From positions 256,001 through 320,000 of the forward strand of contig CAXXUA010000004.1 in assembly GCA_963663765.2 (NCBI GenBank): DNA of 64,000 nucleotides, written 5' to 3'. The notes under the pieces were generated by a model, which saw only the letters and a list, made by a program, of their open reading frames with translations, ran no database searches and was not told the DNA's origin. The first letter of the stretch is position 1. Every line of letters starts with the position of its first letter. Shown one piece after another: positions 38,806-50,051 of this stretch. The translations under genes were made by a program, and so were the position numbers. This stretch comes from Candidatus Poribacteria bacterium (GTDB lineage Bacteria > Poribacteria > WGA-4E > WGA-3G).

Positions 38806-41800
38806 ATGAAAAAATTTATACTTATAACTATACTCAGTTCCTTTATTTTTCATGCACAATTTGTTGATGCATTTGAACAAATGAAGACATACACTGTCGC
38901 TGATGGCCTTGTAGGTCCAGTTGTACCCGTAATATTTCAGGATAGCCGTGGAGTGTTATGGTTCGGTTCTGACCGTGGGGGTGTAAGTCGATTTGATGGG
39001 AATAATTTTATTCCCTATGCTGGGGATTCTAACGTCTTTCGTGGTATTACTAAAAAAATAGTGGAGGACAAGTGGGGACATGTTTGGTTTCTAAGCCAGC
39101 ATCCTTCAGAAGGTGACGGTGTTATTAGTAGATATGATGGTACAACCTTTTCCTATGTTAATGATGGAAACTGTCTTACTGTTGATAATGCTGGAGACGT
39201 TTGGATTGGCGGTAACAATTCTATTACACGATATACTGCGTTAAATAGTCAGGAAATACCACAACCCTTTCCAATTAACATTACTGCTACATCCATTGCC
39301 AGAATAAATGTCATATTTCAAAGTAACGATGACACTTATTGGCTTGGTGGAAACGACGCACAAGGTGTACTTATTATCAGTTTTCAGCAAGATACAAATA
39401 TGTGGCAAGTTAGTACTTTAAGAAGACATGAGAATCTACCAAACATATCAAAAGAGCGTTCAGTGCATGTGATCATGCAAGATGCTGAGAATAATCTATG
39501 GTTCGGTGGAAAATCACTCCTTCTAAAATATGATGGAACACAATTTGAGGAAATTCTAAATACTACAATTGACCCTACAAAACAAACCGGGACGCCTCAG
39601 AATACATTATCACTGCAAGATCAAAATGTATATGTTAATAGTGATTCTCACGGTAGAATTTGGTTCAGCGATGAGCAGCAATTGAGTTGGTGGGATGGGG
39701 AAAAACTACAACGATTAAGGAGTTTTTCTCTGGACGCAAATCCCAATACTTTTCTACATGGCTCATTTGAAATTGAAGACGCATGGAACAAACTCTGGTT
39801 TGCAAGTCAATCTGGAGCACATCTATATGATAACAAGTATTTTGAAGAGAATACTGAAGGTGTTTTTCAAATGGATTCACCCCTTACCGATTCTCCAGAG
39901 TTAGCTCCAAAAGTATACGGTGTAGATGATGGCTTAGGAAGTGATAATATCCTGACTGTGTTTGAAGCATTAGACGGTAAAATATGGTTTGGACATGACA
40001 ATGGTGTAACATCTTATGAACCGCAACCCGTAATTGTTAATCACTCAACACGAGCAACTTTAGGAAGTAACAGCGTGAGAATGATGTACACAGACAATAC
40101 CGGGACGCTTTGGCTCAGTATACCAGGGGGTGTTGCCAAATATAACGCAGATGAAGAAAGAATTATACAATATCCGTTAATCGAAAATACAACTAAACAT
40201 ATAATTATCGGTAATGATGAGAACATAACAGATCAGATACATAATCGACGTATTGACATAATAAAACTCTTTGAAGCAGATGGATATATTTGGTTTATTG
40301 ACAAGTCATATCAAGTTCAAAACCAATTTACACATTACAGAATCTACCGCTATAAAAACGGTGAATTCGAAGATTTATCTCTCATCATACAACCTGAAAT
40401 TGGACCTGGAGGAGAACCCCTCTTTTATGATTCCCCTCCAATTGTTTCCTTAGGAACAGATCCTTGGATATCTTTAGGGGGTTGGTTATTCTTACCAAGA
40501 AGTAATGGACTATACCGCTTTACTTCTCAGGAAACATTTGAGTTAATTGAATTTCCTACTATCAGATCTCTACCACAACCAACCGATGTAATTACCGCAC
40601 TCCACTCTGATACACATAACCGACTTTGGTGTTATTATGATACCGGAGAAGTAAAACGATATTCAAATATCCAGATTCGTACAGGTCAAGTTCGTGGAAC
40701 AATCCATACAGAATTGCTCCCATTACGATCAGTCATACCAATAGTTGTGACTTCTAATGAGCAAGATGTACAATGGTTTTATAATACCTCAAGTGGACAA
40801 CTGATGTATTGGGATAATCCTGAAATTGCGAACACATTATCTGAATTACCAGGTTCTGCAAGTGGCGCCCCACTGCTAACAATACAAACGAACAAATCTA
40901 TTGATCCAGATACTACGTCAACGGAAGACAACCAAAACAATTCAAATGACAATACACAAACAAAAGAAACAGAATTGATGACTTTTGTCTTTAGAGACAG
41001 CATAAAAACATACGCTGGCACAGAACTGAGAAAAGCAATAACCGTTGAAGTAATTGATGTTAGAGGACACCAAATTACAACGAATGGTGACCTCTGGTTA
41101 GCAACTGCACTCGGAGCAATACGTTATGACTATGATACTGTTACGACTTATACAACATCGGATGGATTCCTCGTAGATGATCTGCGGGATGTACATGAAG
41201 ACCATTGGGGTAATCTTTGGTTCGCAACATGGGGCGGCGGAGTAGTCAGATATGATGGAAACAGTTTTCTATCTATTTCTACTAAGGATGGACTCATACA
41301 TAACAACGTTTCAAGTATTCATGCGACAAATGAAGAAGACCTATGGTTCGGTAGTGAAGGAGGGGCAACACAGTATCGCGCAAGTCTTGGAGTCCTTCCA
41401 TTTTGCCGAATCACTGCTGTCATCGCTGGTAAAACGTTCACAGAACCTTTCCTTGTTGATTCTGGGAAACGCACTTTTACTGATTTGACAGAACTACTAC
41501 CTGCGCGAATAAAAAATATCACTATCAATTTTGAAGGAATAAACCCTATACGTGACGATATGGAATATAGGTTCAGATTAATTGGTGTCGAAGATAACAA
41601 ATGGTCAAATGTTTCTTCAAACATAAAACAACCAAATGAAACCATAATACAAGGTGATGTAAAGCAAACCTTTTTACCAGAAGAACTTGGAGAAAATAGA
41701 CTCCCCGCGCGAATTCAATATGAAGGTTTGAAATCCGGAAACTATACTTTCTTGATAAAAGCATTTCGTGAGGGGTGGCCATATACACAGAAACCAACTG

Positions 41801-42711
41801 TCATGAATTTTACTATTGATCAACCTTTTTGGAGTCGTTGGAGAAATTATTTGCCTACTCTTATTTTTATTGCAGCTGTTGGTTCTTTGGTTTTTAGATT
41901 AGTCGTAAACCGTAGACACACTGCACAGTTACGCATTGAAATGAGGGATAAAGAAGAAGCAGAAATGCAACGTATCCGTGCTGAATTAAACGAAGCACAG
42001 AATATACAAATGGGTCTCTTGCCAGATGAATCTCCTGACACTAAGTCTTTTGATATCGCTGGTATGTCCATTCCTGCAACTCAAGTAGGAGGAGACTTTT
42101 TTGACTATCTTACAGTTGAAAACGGTAGAACTGCAATCGCTGTCGCAGATGCCGCCGGAAAAGGTATACGCGGTGCGATGAATGCTGTGCTTACGAACGG
42201 TATGCTACATGAAGTATCAAGGTTTATGTCTAAATCGGATGTTATTTTAAGAAACCTCAATGCTGGTTTAGCTCCTCGAATGTACGGACCCAGTTTCATT
42301 GCGCTTAATTTAGCGGTATTAGATGAGGACAAGAAACAAATTGACTATTCAAACGGTGGACAACCCTATCCACTACTCAAACGCGGTACCGAAATCATTG
42401 AAATAGAAAATACTGACCTACCTCTCGGAAGTAGGAAAAATGTTCAATACGAATCTACAACTATAGATTTAGAGGAAGGGGATATCTTTATATTCCACAC
42501 GGATGGATTGATTGAAGCTCTCAACGCTAACCACGATATGTACGGATCCGACCGTTTTAATGAATTAGCATCCAAAATTCCAAAGGAAAGTAGTGCTGAA
42601 GAGGTAATTCAACTCATCATAGAGGATGTACAGAGTTTTGTTCAAGAGGAAGAACAGTACGATGATTTGACACTCGTAGTAATCAAATTAACAGCAAATT
42701 CTACATTATGA
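38806..42711 (+). CDS. Periplasmic two-component-regulator propeller sensor fused to a SpoIIE/PP2C phosphatase
   Basis: Signal peptide, repeated 'D..G.LWF' propellers, Y_Y_Y-like 'GNYTFLIKA', TM, then 'VGGDFFD', 'HTDGLIEA' and 'DDLTLVV'. Confidence 0.9.
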   Translation: MKKFILITILSSFIFHAQFVDAFEQMKTYTVADGLVGPVVPVIFQDSRGVLWFGSDRGGVSRFDGNNFIPYAGDSNVFRGITKKIVEDKWGHVWFLSQHPSEGDGVISRYDGTTFSYVNDGNCLTVDNAGDVWIGGNNSITRYTALNSQEIPQPFPINITATSIARINVIFQSNDDTYWLGGNDAQGVLIISFQQDTNMWQVSTLRRHENLPNISKERSVHVIMQDAENNLWFGGKSLLLKYDGTQFEEILNTTIDPTKQTGTPQNTLSLQDQNVYVNSDSHGRIWFSDEQQLSWWDGEKLQRLRSFSLDANPNTFLHGSFEIEDAWNKLWFASQSGAHLYDNKYFEENTEGVFQMDSPLTDSPELAPKVYGVDDGLGSDNILTVFEALDGKIWFGHDNGVTSYEPQPVIVNHSTRATLGSNSVRMMYTDNTGTLWLSIPGGVAKYNADEERIIQYPLIENTTKHIIIGNDENITDQIHNRRIDIIKLFEADGYIWFIDKSYQVQNQFTHYRIYRYKNGEFEDLSLIIQPEIGPGGEPLFYDSPPIVSLGTDPWISLGGWLFLPRSNGLYRFTSQETFELIEFPTIRSLPQPTDVITALHSDTHNRLWCYYDTGEVKRYSNIQIRTGQVRGTIHTELLPLRSVIPIVVTSNEQDVQWFYNTSSGQLMYWDNPEIANTLSELPGSASGAPLLTIQTNKSIDPDTTSTEDNQNNSNDNTQTKETELMTFVFRDSIKTYAGTELRKAITVEVIDVRGHQITTNGDLWLATALGAIRYDYDTVTTYTTSDGFLVDDLRDVHEDHWGNLWFATWGGGVVRYDGNSFLSISTKDGLIHNNVSSIHATNEEDLWFGSEGGATQYRASLGVLPFCRITAVIAGKTFTEPFLVDSGKRTFTDLTELLPARIKNITINFEGINPIRDDMEYRFRLIGVEDNKWSNVSSNIKQPNETIIQGDVKQTFLPEELGENRLPARIQYEGLKSGNYTFLIKAFREGWPYTQKPTVMNFTIDQPFWSRWRNYLPTLIFIAAVGSLVFRLVVNRRHTAQLRIEMRDKEEAEMQRIRAELNEAQNIQMGLLPDESPDTKSFDIAGMSIPATQVGGDFFDYLTVENGRTAIAVADAAGKGIRGAMNAVLTNGMLHEVSRFMSKSDVILRNLNAGLAPRMYGPSFIALNLAVLDEDKKQIDYSNGGQPYPLLKRGTEIIEIENTDLPLGSRKNVQYESTTIDLEEGDIFIFHTDGLIEALNANHDMYGSDRFNELASKIPKESSAEEVIQLIIEDVQSFVQEEEQYDDLTLVVIKLTANSTL

Positions 42712-42880
42712 TTCAAACCGTTAACTTCTTGATTTCCTTATTTGGCGTATTCTGCCGAATTCAAAAATATGATTTTTCAAACTTACGTTGGACATATTTT
42801 TGGTTTACACTAAAATCAGCATCAAACCAATGTCCTAAGAGTTTTATATGGTCGTCAGATCGCTTATTTTTATTTGTAAT

Positions 42881-44800
42881 CTATGCGTTTTTAAAACCTA
42901 TCACAGTCTGTCTATATTCCTCAGGAAGTCCGATGTCAAATCTTCGTCCTTTTACGACATATCCAGAAAACCCATCTGCTTTTCGTAAATCATCTAAACA
43001 TGAAGTAAGTTGAAACTCACCACGTTCACGCAAGTTGTGTTCAATATTCTGCTCAAGAAAACCGAATATCTGCGGTTCTATCACATAAATACCGAAGACA
43101 GTAAGAAATCTGTCCTCATCCATTCCATCTATATGCAAATGTAATCTTGCATATTCTGGATCTGGTTTTTCATAGAACTCAGTTACTGACAGCATTGTAC
43201 CTTCATCTTGCCAGATACCAGTAACACAACCGAAGTTAGAAAGTTCATCAATCGGAGTTTCTTTTAGTCCTACTACACTGTGTCCTACTTGTTCATAAGC
43301 AGATATAACCTGTTTCGCACAAGATTGTGGTTCATCTGATCCGTAGAGATGATCTCCTAACATCAAAAGGAAAGGTTCATTTCCTATCCATTCTTTTGCA
43401 CAATAAACTGCGTGTCCAAAGCCTTCTTGAACATCTTGTGTTACAAATGAGATACGACTCCCAAGTTCCAACAAGTAATCACAGTATGCTTTGTTTTCTT
43501 TACTTAGTTTGTTGTAATGTTCTATACGAGGTGGTGTTTTAAAGAAGGATTCAAAAAGATCTATATCCCGACTTTGCACGATCAGACAAACTTCCTCAAT
43601 CCCCGCATTGACAGCCTCTTCAATGATAGCCATGATTGCGGGTTTGGCGCGTCCTGCACTGTCTATAACAGGAAAGAGTTCCTTTTTCATTGCTTTTGAC
43701 GCAGGAAATAGTCGTGTACCAAAGCCTGCTGCAGGAATCACTGCTTTGCGAACATGTCGACTCGCTTCAATCACAAGCTTCAAACATGACATCTGCAAAT
43801 CTCTTTCGATTATCTCTATGACACGACGTTGGCTCTCTTCATCTTTCACGATGAATTGTGCTGATCCATCTCCTTGTGATCCCACACCTTTACCACCCCA
43901 GACATAAGGTTGAATGGGTTCGTAGTTGAGCACTTTGTGCAAAACAGGTGCAGTCAACTGTGATGGACACGCGGGGATAAGATGTTTGTCAAATTCCTGT
44001 TGAGCACGTGTCATAAGTTTACCAACTGCTTCAGCATCACCTTTACGCAGGGATTCATAAGCATCTCGAGTGATTTCCGCACTCAAAGGACCTAAGTAAT
44101 GTTGTGCATTTCGTTGTAATTCATCTTCAGCAAACGGATAACAGTGATGAAGTTGATTAAGGATTAACAGTGTATCCTTTCCTGCCCCCAAATCAACAAT
44201 AACCATATAGAGGTTGTTAGAAACACTGAACTCTTTGACGTCAATTAGGTCGCCATCAAAACTCATCAGTATAGGATGTTGATATGCACATCCTTGATCC
44301 ATCCGACCACACCGTGAAGGTGTTGTCGTTTCACCACGATAAGCATATTCCATTTCGCCTCGCGTGGTCATTTTTAGGTCATAGATTCGGTTGAATGCAC
44401 GTGCGACTAATACACTAATCGCTGCACTGGAAGAAAGCCCTTTCTTGACTGGTAAATCGGTTAGATAGTTGTCAATTTCTAAACCTTGAACACGGTAATT
44501 TGTTAAAATCTGATATGCAACACCTGCAGCATAGCTAAAAAAACTTCCTTTTTCAGCTTCCGCAAGAAGCGCTGCAGGTTCCATAGGCAATGTATAAGGA
44601 CCGTGACGCGTTCCATCACTCAGTGTTGTTTTTATGATCAGACTGGTAGGATGCGGTTGTACTTGTGCATATACCCCTTGATTCGTACTTGTTATGATAG
44701 CGTAACCTTTTTCAAGTTCTGCATTATTCAACCGATAACGACCCGCCCAATCTGTGTGTTCACCAAAAAGACAAATACGTCCAGGCACAAAAAGCTTCAT
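42881..44800 (-). CDS. Bifunctional GHMP sugar kinase / GalU-type nucleotidyltransferase
   Basis: N-terminal half: 'PGRICLFGEHTD', 'LPVKKGLSSSAA', 'CGRMDQ'. C-terminal half: 'KAVIPAAGFGTRLFPASKAMKKE', 'GFGHAV', 'FYEKP', 'GEFQLT'. Confidence 0.9.
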   Translation of the reverse strand: MKLFVPGRICLFGEHTDWAGRYRLNNAELEKGYAIITSTNQGVYAQVQPHPTSLIIKTTLSDGTRHGPYTLPMEPAALLAEAEKGSFFSYAAGVAYQILTNYRVQGLEIDNYLTDLPVKKGLSSSAAISVLVARAFNRIYDLKMTTRGEMEYAYRGETTTPSRCGRMDQGCAYQHPILMSFDGDLIDVKEFSVSNNLYMVIVDLGAGKDTLLILNQLHHCYPFAEDELQRNAQHYLGPLSAEITRDAYESLRKGDAEAVGKLMTRAQQEFDKHLIPACPSQLTAPVLHKVLNYEPIQPYVWGGKGVGSQGDGSAQFIVKDEESQRRVIEIIERDLQMSCLKLVIEASRHVRKAVIPAAGFGTRLFPASKAMKKELFPVIDSAGRAKPAIMAIIEEAVNAGIEEVCLIVQSRDIDLFESFFKTPPRIEHYNKLSKENKAYCDYLLELGSRISFVTQDVQEGFGHAVYCAKEWIGNEPFLLMLGDHLYGSDEPQSCAKQVISAYEQVGHSVVGLKETPIDELSNFGCVTGIWQDEGTMLSVTEFYEKPDPEYARLHLHIDGMDEDRFLTVFGIYVIEPQIFGFLEQNIEHNLRERGEFQLTSCLDDLRKADGFSGYVVKGRRFDIGLPEEYRQTVIGFKNA

Positions 44801-45137
44801 TTTTTTTCCTTAAATTTAGTAGTTCTTAGACTAATACTGTTTCTGTTGATTTTGGTAAGTGCAAAAGAGTTTTTTCTCTACATATATTATAATTTGATAA
44901 AATACTTTGGTCAACGTGACTTGCTAAGAATTGATCATAAAAAACATAAGTAATATTTCATACTCAAATTGTTAATTCACCGTTCCGTAATCTGTCCTTT
45001 ATCCGTTATATTTAATGTATTTTGAATAGATTTGGAAATCTTTTCGGTTTGAAGAGTAAACCAAAAAAATCACATAACATATCTTTTTCATTTTATTCAA
45101 TACTATGTAATTTTGAAATAGAAATAATACTAATACC

Positions 45138-45224
45138 TATCTCATAAATGGTTGGAGGGGTTTCTTACCCCGAATTACCAGACATACGATTCGATGAAAT
45201 TGGACATATTCGCATTTATGAGAT
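45138..45224. mobile_element. Small inverted-repeat element
   Basis: TATCTCATAAATG ... CATTTATGAGATA, with an internal GGAGGGGTTTCTTACCCCGA hairpin. Confidence 0.55.
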
Positions 45225-45257
45225 ACACGACATGTTATCAACAAGGAGAAAACAAAA

Positions 45258-45614
45258 ATGCCAAATCCAGTCATGTGGTTTGAAATAGCAGGTAAAAACG
45301 GTGATGAATTATGTGAGTTCTACCGTTCACTATTTGGTTGGGAAATCTCACCGAACACAAACGGTGTCCATTTATGCGACCCAAGTCCAGATCAAGGAAT
45401 TAAGGGACATATTTTTCCAACAACCGATGAAATGCCTTATACAAAACACATTACAATTTATATTTCAGTAGATGATCTTCAAGCAGTAGTTGAAAAGGTA
45501 GAAAGTAATGGTGGAAATATAATAATTCCTCCAACGGATATTCCCGATGATATGGGTTCTTTTGCAATGTTCATGGATCCAAGTGGAAATGTTATAGGTT
45601 TATATAAATCATAA
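45258..45614 (+). CDS. VOC/glyoxalase family protein
   Basis: 'VMWFEI', 'FYRSLFGW', 'YISVDDL' and 'DPSGNVIGL'; AAGGAG RBS. Confidence 0.92.
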   Translation: MPNPVMWFEIAGKNGDELCEFYRSLFGWEISPNTNGVHLCDPSPDQGIKGHIFPTTDEMPYTKHITIYISVDDLQAVVEKVESNGGNIIIPPTDIPDDMGSFAMFMDPSGNVIGLYKS

Positions 45615-45730
45615 GTTATAACTAAGAATGACTGTATTGAAATCTCATTAAGCTCCGAAACTATCAAATCACAGTGGATGGTGATTTCAAAAATTACCAT
45701 CCTCTTTCTTTTACAATTGCTGATATGGTA

Positions 45731-48700
45731 CTATTTCAATAATGGTTTAAGCCAACGCATTGCAGTTTCAAATTCCATTCCTGCTCGATCAGCATAATCC
45801 CGCACCTGATCCTCACCGATTCTGGCAATACTGAAATACTTTGATTCTGGATGAGAGAAATACCAGCCACTAACAGAAGCAGCTGGAGACATCGCCAAAC
45901 TTTCGGTAAGTGATAACCCAATATTCTCTGTAACATTCAATAAATCAAACAGAATTCGTTTTTGGTTGTGATCAGGACACGCAGGGTAACCAGGTGCAGG
46001 ACGAATTCCACGATATTTTTCTCCTATCAATGCATCGTTAGCTAACACTTCATCATTGGCATATCCCCATATTTCTATTCGGACTATCTGATGCATGTGT
46101 TCAGCAAATGCCTCTGCTAAACGATCTGCCAATGCTTTCGCCATGATGCTGTTGTAGTCATCATGTTTTTGCTCAAACTGAGCACACAGTTCAGTTACCC
46201 CAATTCCTGTAGTAACTGCAAATGCTCCGATATAATCCTGATGGTTAGTCTCCTTAGGTGCAATGTAGTCCGCCAAGCTTAAGTTAGGTCGAGAAAAGGG
46301 CTGCTCTGTCTGTTGTCTAAGATGAGGTAATGTCGCAACAACTTTTCTTCTATCTTCGTCTGCATATATCTCTGTAACTTCTTCTACACCGTTCGCAGGT
46401 AAGATTCCAACAACTGCCTTTGCACACAGACTCTTCTTTTTAACAAATTCATTGAGTAGTGTTTTCCCATCATCCAAGAGTTTCTGAGCTTCTACTCCCA
46501 TTTCGACACTTTTCAAAATTTTTGGATATTTGCCTTTTAACCCCCACGTTGTGAAAAATGGTGTCCAATCAATGTAATCAATTAGTTTTTCTATAGGAAA
46601 TTCATCAAACACCTTTAGACCAGTCTTATGTGGTTTAGGCGGAATATATTCACTCCAGTTAGTATTGAATTTTCGCTGCTGAGCAACTTTAATAGATAGT
46701 AATTTTGTTTGTTTCCTATTTTTTTCACGCTGTTCACGTATATCATTATATTCATCACGTGTCTTATCAACGAATTGCTGTTGTTTATCCACACTCATCA
46801 AATTGCCAACAACACCTACACTTCTCGAGGCGTCTTTGACATGGATCGTTGATCCGCCATAAACAGGCTCAATTTGTACAGCAGTGTGTATCTTAGAGGT
46901 GGTTGCACCACCGATGAGAAGAGGTATTGTGAAACCTTTTCTTTCCATTTCTTCAGCAACATAAACCATCTCATCTAACGACGGTGTTATAAGTCCGCTA
47001 AGTCCAATAATATCAGCGTTTTCCTTTCTTGCAGTAGCTAAAATATCTTCTGCAGGTACCATCACACCAAGATCAATGATGTCGTAATTGTTACATCCCA
47101 GAACAACACCAACGATATTCTTCCCTATGTCATGCACATCACCCTTTACTGTAGCCATCACAATCTTTCCTCGAGACTTAATAGCACCTTCAGACTGTTC
47201 CTTTTCAATGTATGGAATAAGGTGAGCAACTGCTTTTTTCATCACGCGCGCACTCTTTACAACCTGAGGAAGGAACATCTTACCGTCACCAAAGAGTTCA
47301 CCGACACGATCCATCCCATTCATCAATGGTCCCTCAATGACCTGAATGGAACGTTCATGCTTAAGACGTGCCTCCTCTGTATCATCTTCAATAAATTCAA
47401 TTATACCCTCAACAAGCGCATGACTTAATCGTTCTTCCACTGGCAGTTTGCGCCACTCTTTATTTACTTTTCTCTTTTTACCCTTACCCTGTAAAGTACT
47501 AGCCAAATTCGTAAGTCTGTCAGTAGCATCTTCTCGTCGATTGAATATAACATCCTCAACTGCTTCCAATAGGTGTTTCGGTATGTCATCATAAACAGCA
47601 AGTTGTCCTGCATTGACAATACCCATATCCAATCCAGCATTGATTGCATGATAGAGGAAAGCAGCATGCATCGCTTCGCGAACCGTGTCATTGCCTTGGT
47701 AAGAAAATGATATGTTACTAACACCACCACTAACCAATGCATGTGGACAGGTAGACTTAATCTCACTACACGCTTGAATGAAAGCAAGCGCATATTCGTT
47801 ATGCTCAGCAATACCTGTAGCAACTGTAAGGATATTTGGATCAAAGATAATATCTTCAGCAGGAAATCCGACTTCTTCAGTTAACAATTTATACGCTCTT
47901 TGACATATCCCTACTTTTCGTTCAAGCGTGTGAGCTTGACCTTTCTCGTCAAATGCCATGACGACAACTCCTGCACCATATTTCCTAATCAGACGTGCTT
48001 TTTCTAAGAAGTCTTCCTCACCCTCTTCTAAACCTATTGAGTTGACTACACCTTTACCTTGAACACATTCTAAACCTGCTTCAATTACCTCCCATTTACT
48101 GGAATCAAGCATGATAGGGACGCGACTGATATCCGGTTCTGCTGCTATCAGGTTTACGAACTTGACCATAGCGTTTACACCATCCAATAAACCTGCGTCC
48201 ATATTGATGTCAATCAGTTGTGCACCGTTCTCAACTTGATCACGTGCCACCTCCAATGCAGTCTCATAGTCTTCATTTTTAATTAGTCTTGCAAACTTAC
48301 GTGATCCTTCTACATTTGTCCTTTCACCTACGTTTACAAAGAGAGAATCGGGTGTAATATTGAATGCTTCCAATCCACTCAGTCTACATGCCCGTTCTAT
48401 CGGTTCAGGAATACGGGGTTGATGTTCTGCAGCAACTTTTGCAATAGTCTCTATGTGTTCTGGTTGGCTACCACAGCAACCACCGACGATATTTACAAAT
48501 CCGTTCTTCGCAAATTCATGTATCCAGTCACCCATTTCTTCAGGGGTTTGTGTGTAGTGTCCAAGTTCATTCGGGAGACCAGCATTCGGATAGCAGATGA
48601 TGGGTATGTCAACGATTTTGGACATTTCTGCTAAATACGGCCGTATCTGCTCTGCACCAAAACCGCAATTCAATCCTGCTGCAAGCATATTGACATGCCG

Positions 48701-49411
48701 AATAGAATTCCAAAATGCTTCAACCGTCTGTCCTGAAAGATTACGTCCACCGCCACCACTTCTGTCAGAAGATACGATAATAGGAATATCAATATCCCGT
48801 GTTTCAGATAGAGTTTGAATTGCAAAAAGTGCAGCTTTGCAGTTGAGGGTATCCATCACCGTTTCAACAAGCAGTAAATCAACACCACCATCTATCAATC
48901 CTTCTGCTTGCGTTGTATAAGCAGAAACAAGCTGAGAAAAGGAAATATTTCTATATCCAGGATCGTTCACATCTGGAGAGATTGTACAACTGCGATTGGT
49001 GGGTCCCATACTGCCTGCAACAAAACGCGGTTTCGTTGGAGTAGAATTCTCATCAACTACTTCACGCGCAATTTGTGCAGCTGCGTAGTTTACTTGATAG
49101 GCAGTATCCTCAAGTTGGTAATCCGCCATTGAAACGGAAGTACTTGTGAAAGTATTTGTCTCAATGATGTCTGCACCTGCGTGACAGTAATTGGTGTGTA
49201 TTTCACGAACAATCTGTGGTTGGGTAATTGAGAGTAGGTCGTTGTAACCTTTGAGTTCACAAGGATGAGAGGAAAACTGATCACCACGAAAATCTTCTTC
49301 GGTAAGTCTATATGTCTGTAACAGGGAACCCATTGCACCATCAAGCACAAGGATACGTTCTTTTAGTAATTGATTTAAAAGTGTTATCCGTTCAGAATTT
49401 GCCATGCTCAT
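45731..49411 (-). CDS. metH: Cobalamin-dependent methionine synthase
   Basis: 'LDGAMG', 'GGCCG', 'VGERTNV.GS', '[15 protein letters not shown]' and '[12 protein letters not shown]'. Confidence 0.99.
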   Translation of the reverse strand: MSMANSERITLLNQLLKERILVLDGAMGSLLQTYRLTEEDFRGDQFSSHPCELKGYNDLLSITQPQIVREIHTNYCHAGADIIETNTFTSTSVSMADYQLEDTAYQVNYAAAQIAREVVDENSTPTKPRFVAGSMGPTNRSCTISPDVNDPGYRNISFSQLVSAYTTQAEGLIDGGVDLLLVETVMDTLNCKAALFAIQTLSETRDIDIPIIVSSDRSGGGGRNLSGQTVEAFWNSIRHVNMLAAGLNCGFGAEQIRPYLAEMSKIVDIPIICYPNAGLPNELGHYTQTPEEMGDWIHEFAKNGFVNIVGGCCGSQPEHIETIAKVAAEHQPRIPEPIERACRLSGLEAFNITPDSLFVNVGERTNVEGSRKFARLIKNEDYETALEVARDQVENGAQLIDINMDAGLLDGVNAMVKFVNLIAAEPDISRVPIMLDSSKWEVIEAGLECVQGKGVVNSIGLEEGEEDFLEKARLIRKYGAGVVVMAFDEKGQAHTLERKVGICQRAYKLLTEEVGFPAEDIIFDPNILTVATGIAEHNEYALAFIQACSEIKSTCPHALVSGGVSNISFSYQGNDTVREAMHAAFLYHAINAGLDMGIVNAGQLAVYDDIPKHLLEAVEDVIFNRREDATDRLTNLASTLQGKGKKRKVNKEWRKLPVEERLSHALVEGIIEFIEDDTEEARLKHERSIQVIEGPLMNGMDRVGELFGDGKMFLPQVVKSARVMKKAVAHLIPYIEKEQSEGAIKSRGKIVMATVKGDVHDIGKNIVGVVLGCNNYDIIDLGVMVPAEDILATARKENADIIGLSGLITPSLDEMVYVAEEMERKGFTIPLLIGGATTSKIHTAVQIEPVYGGSTIHVKDASRSVGVVGNLMSVDKQQQFVDKTRDEYNDIREQREKNRKQTKLLSIKVAQQRKFNTNWSEYIPPKPHKTGLKVFDEFPIEKLIDYIDWTPFFTTWGLKGKYPKILKSVEMGVEAQKLLDDGKTLLNEFVKKKSLCAKAVVGILPANGVEEVTEIYADEDRRKVVATLPHLRQQTEQPFSRPNLSLADYIAPKETNHQDYIGAFAVTTGIGVTELCAQFEQKHDDYNSIMAKALADRLAEAFAEHMHQIVRIEIWGYANDEVLANDALIGEKYRGIRPAPGYPACPDHNQKRILFDLLNVTENIGLSLTESLAMSPAASVSGWYFSHPESKYFSIARIGEDQVRDYADRAGMEFETAMRWLKPLLK

Positions 49412-49589
49412 CTCTTGTATATACCAATATCATACCCATATATTATAACACGGAATAAGCATTAATTCCATTTCTTTTGGTATCACATGGATGTGTAAAG
49501 ATTTGCTCATAATACTCATTCCCATTATAGTGCATGTCTCTGTACCCTTCAATCTCGCAATTAATCTGTTACGGTGAGGTACAGAATTC

Positions 49590-49927
49590 GCGTAATACCC
49601 TCTTGTCCATGTCTTTAGTTCCGTAGGAACGATATGTTTATAGAAAATGTTTTCAGCCCCAATAGAGTTCCGTAGGAACGACATAGAAGAATACACATAT
49701 CGTCCCTACGGGACTAAAGACATGGGGAGGGTATTCGTTATCTATAAACATATCGTCCCTACCAAATCAACGCCAAATGCGCGTGTGGCATTTGTCGGGA
49801 CTAAAGAGCGATATTCAGTTTTCAATAAATTAAAATTGATGCGTAAAATTCGGTTAGGAAACCGAACCTGGGTATTCACTTTCAGTAAATCTCAAGAACA
49901 GAAAACTCTTAAAACTGAATAACCCTC
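49590..49927. mobile_element. REP-bearing MITE remnant (short homolog of 31596-33813)
   Basis: Same order of CCGTAGG(A/G)ACGA hairpins, TTCGGTTAGGAAACCGAA, and right end AAAACTGAATAACCCT; left end not recognisable. Confidence 0.7.
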
Positions 49928-50051
49928 CTAATGATTCAATTCAATTGACACACCAACAAAAAAATGATAAAATATAACTGCAATATTTGAATAAGATTAA
50001 GCATCAATTGCAACAAATCTTCATAAGGATAGAAGGGGTAATACATTAAGA

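Noticed and set aside
49412-50050. SAM or cobalamin riboswitch upstream of metH
   Set aside because: No recognisable consensus by eye; the structured part is a REP/MITE remnant. An Rfam cmscan would settle it.
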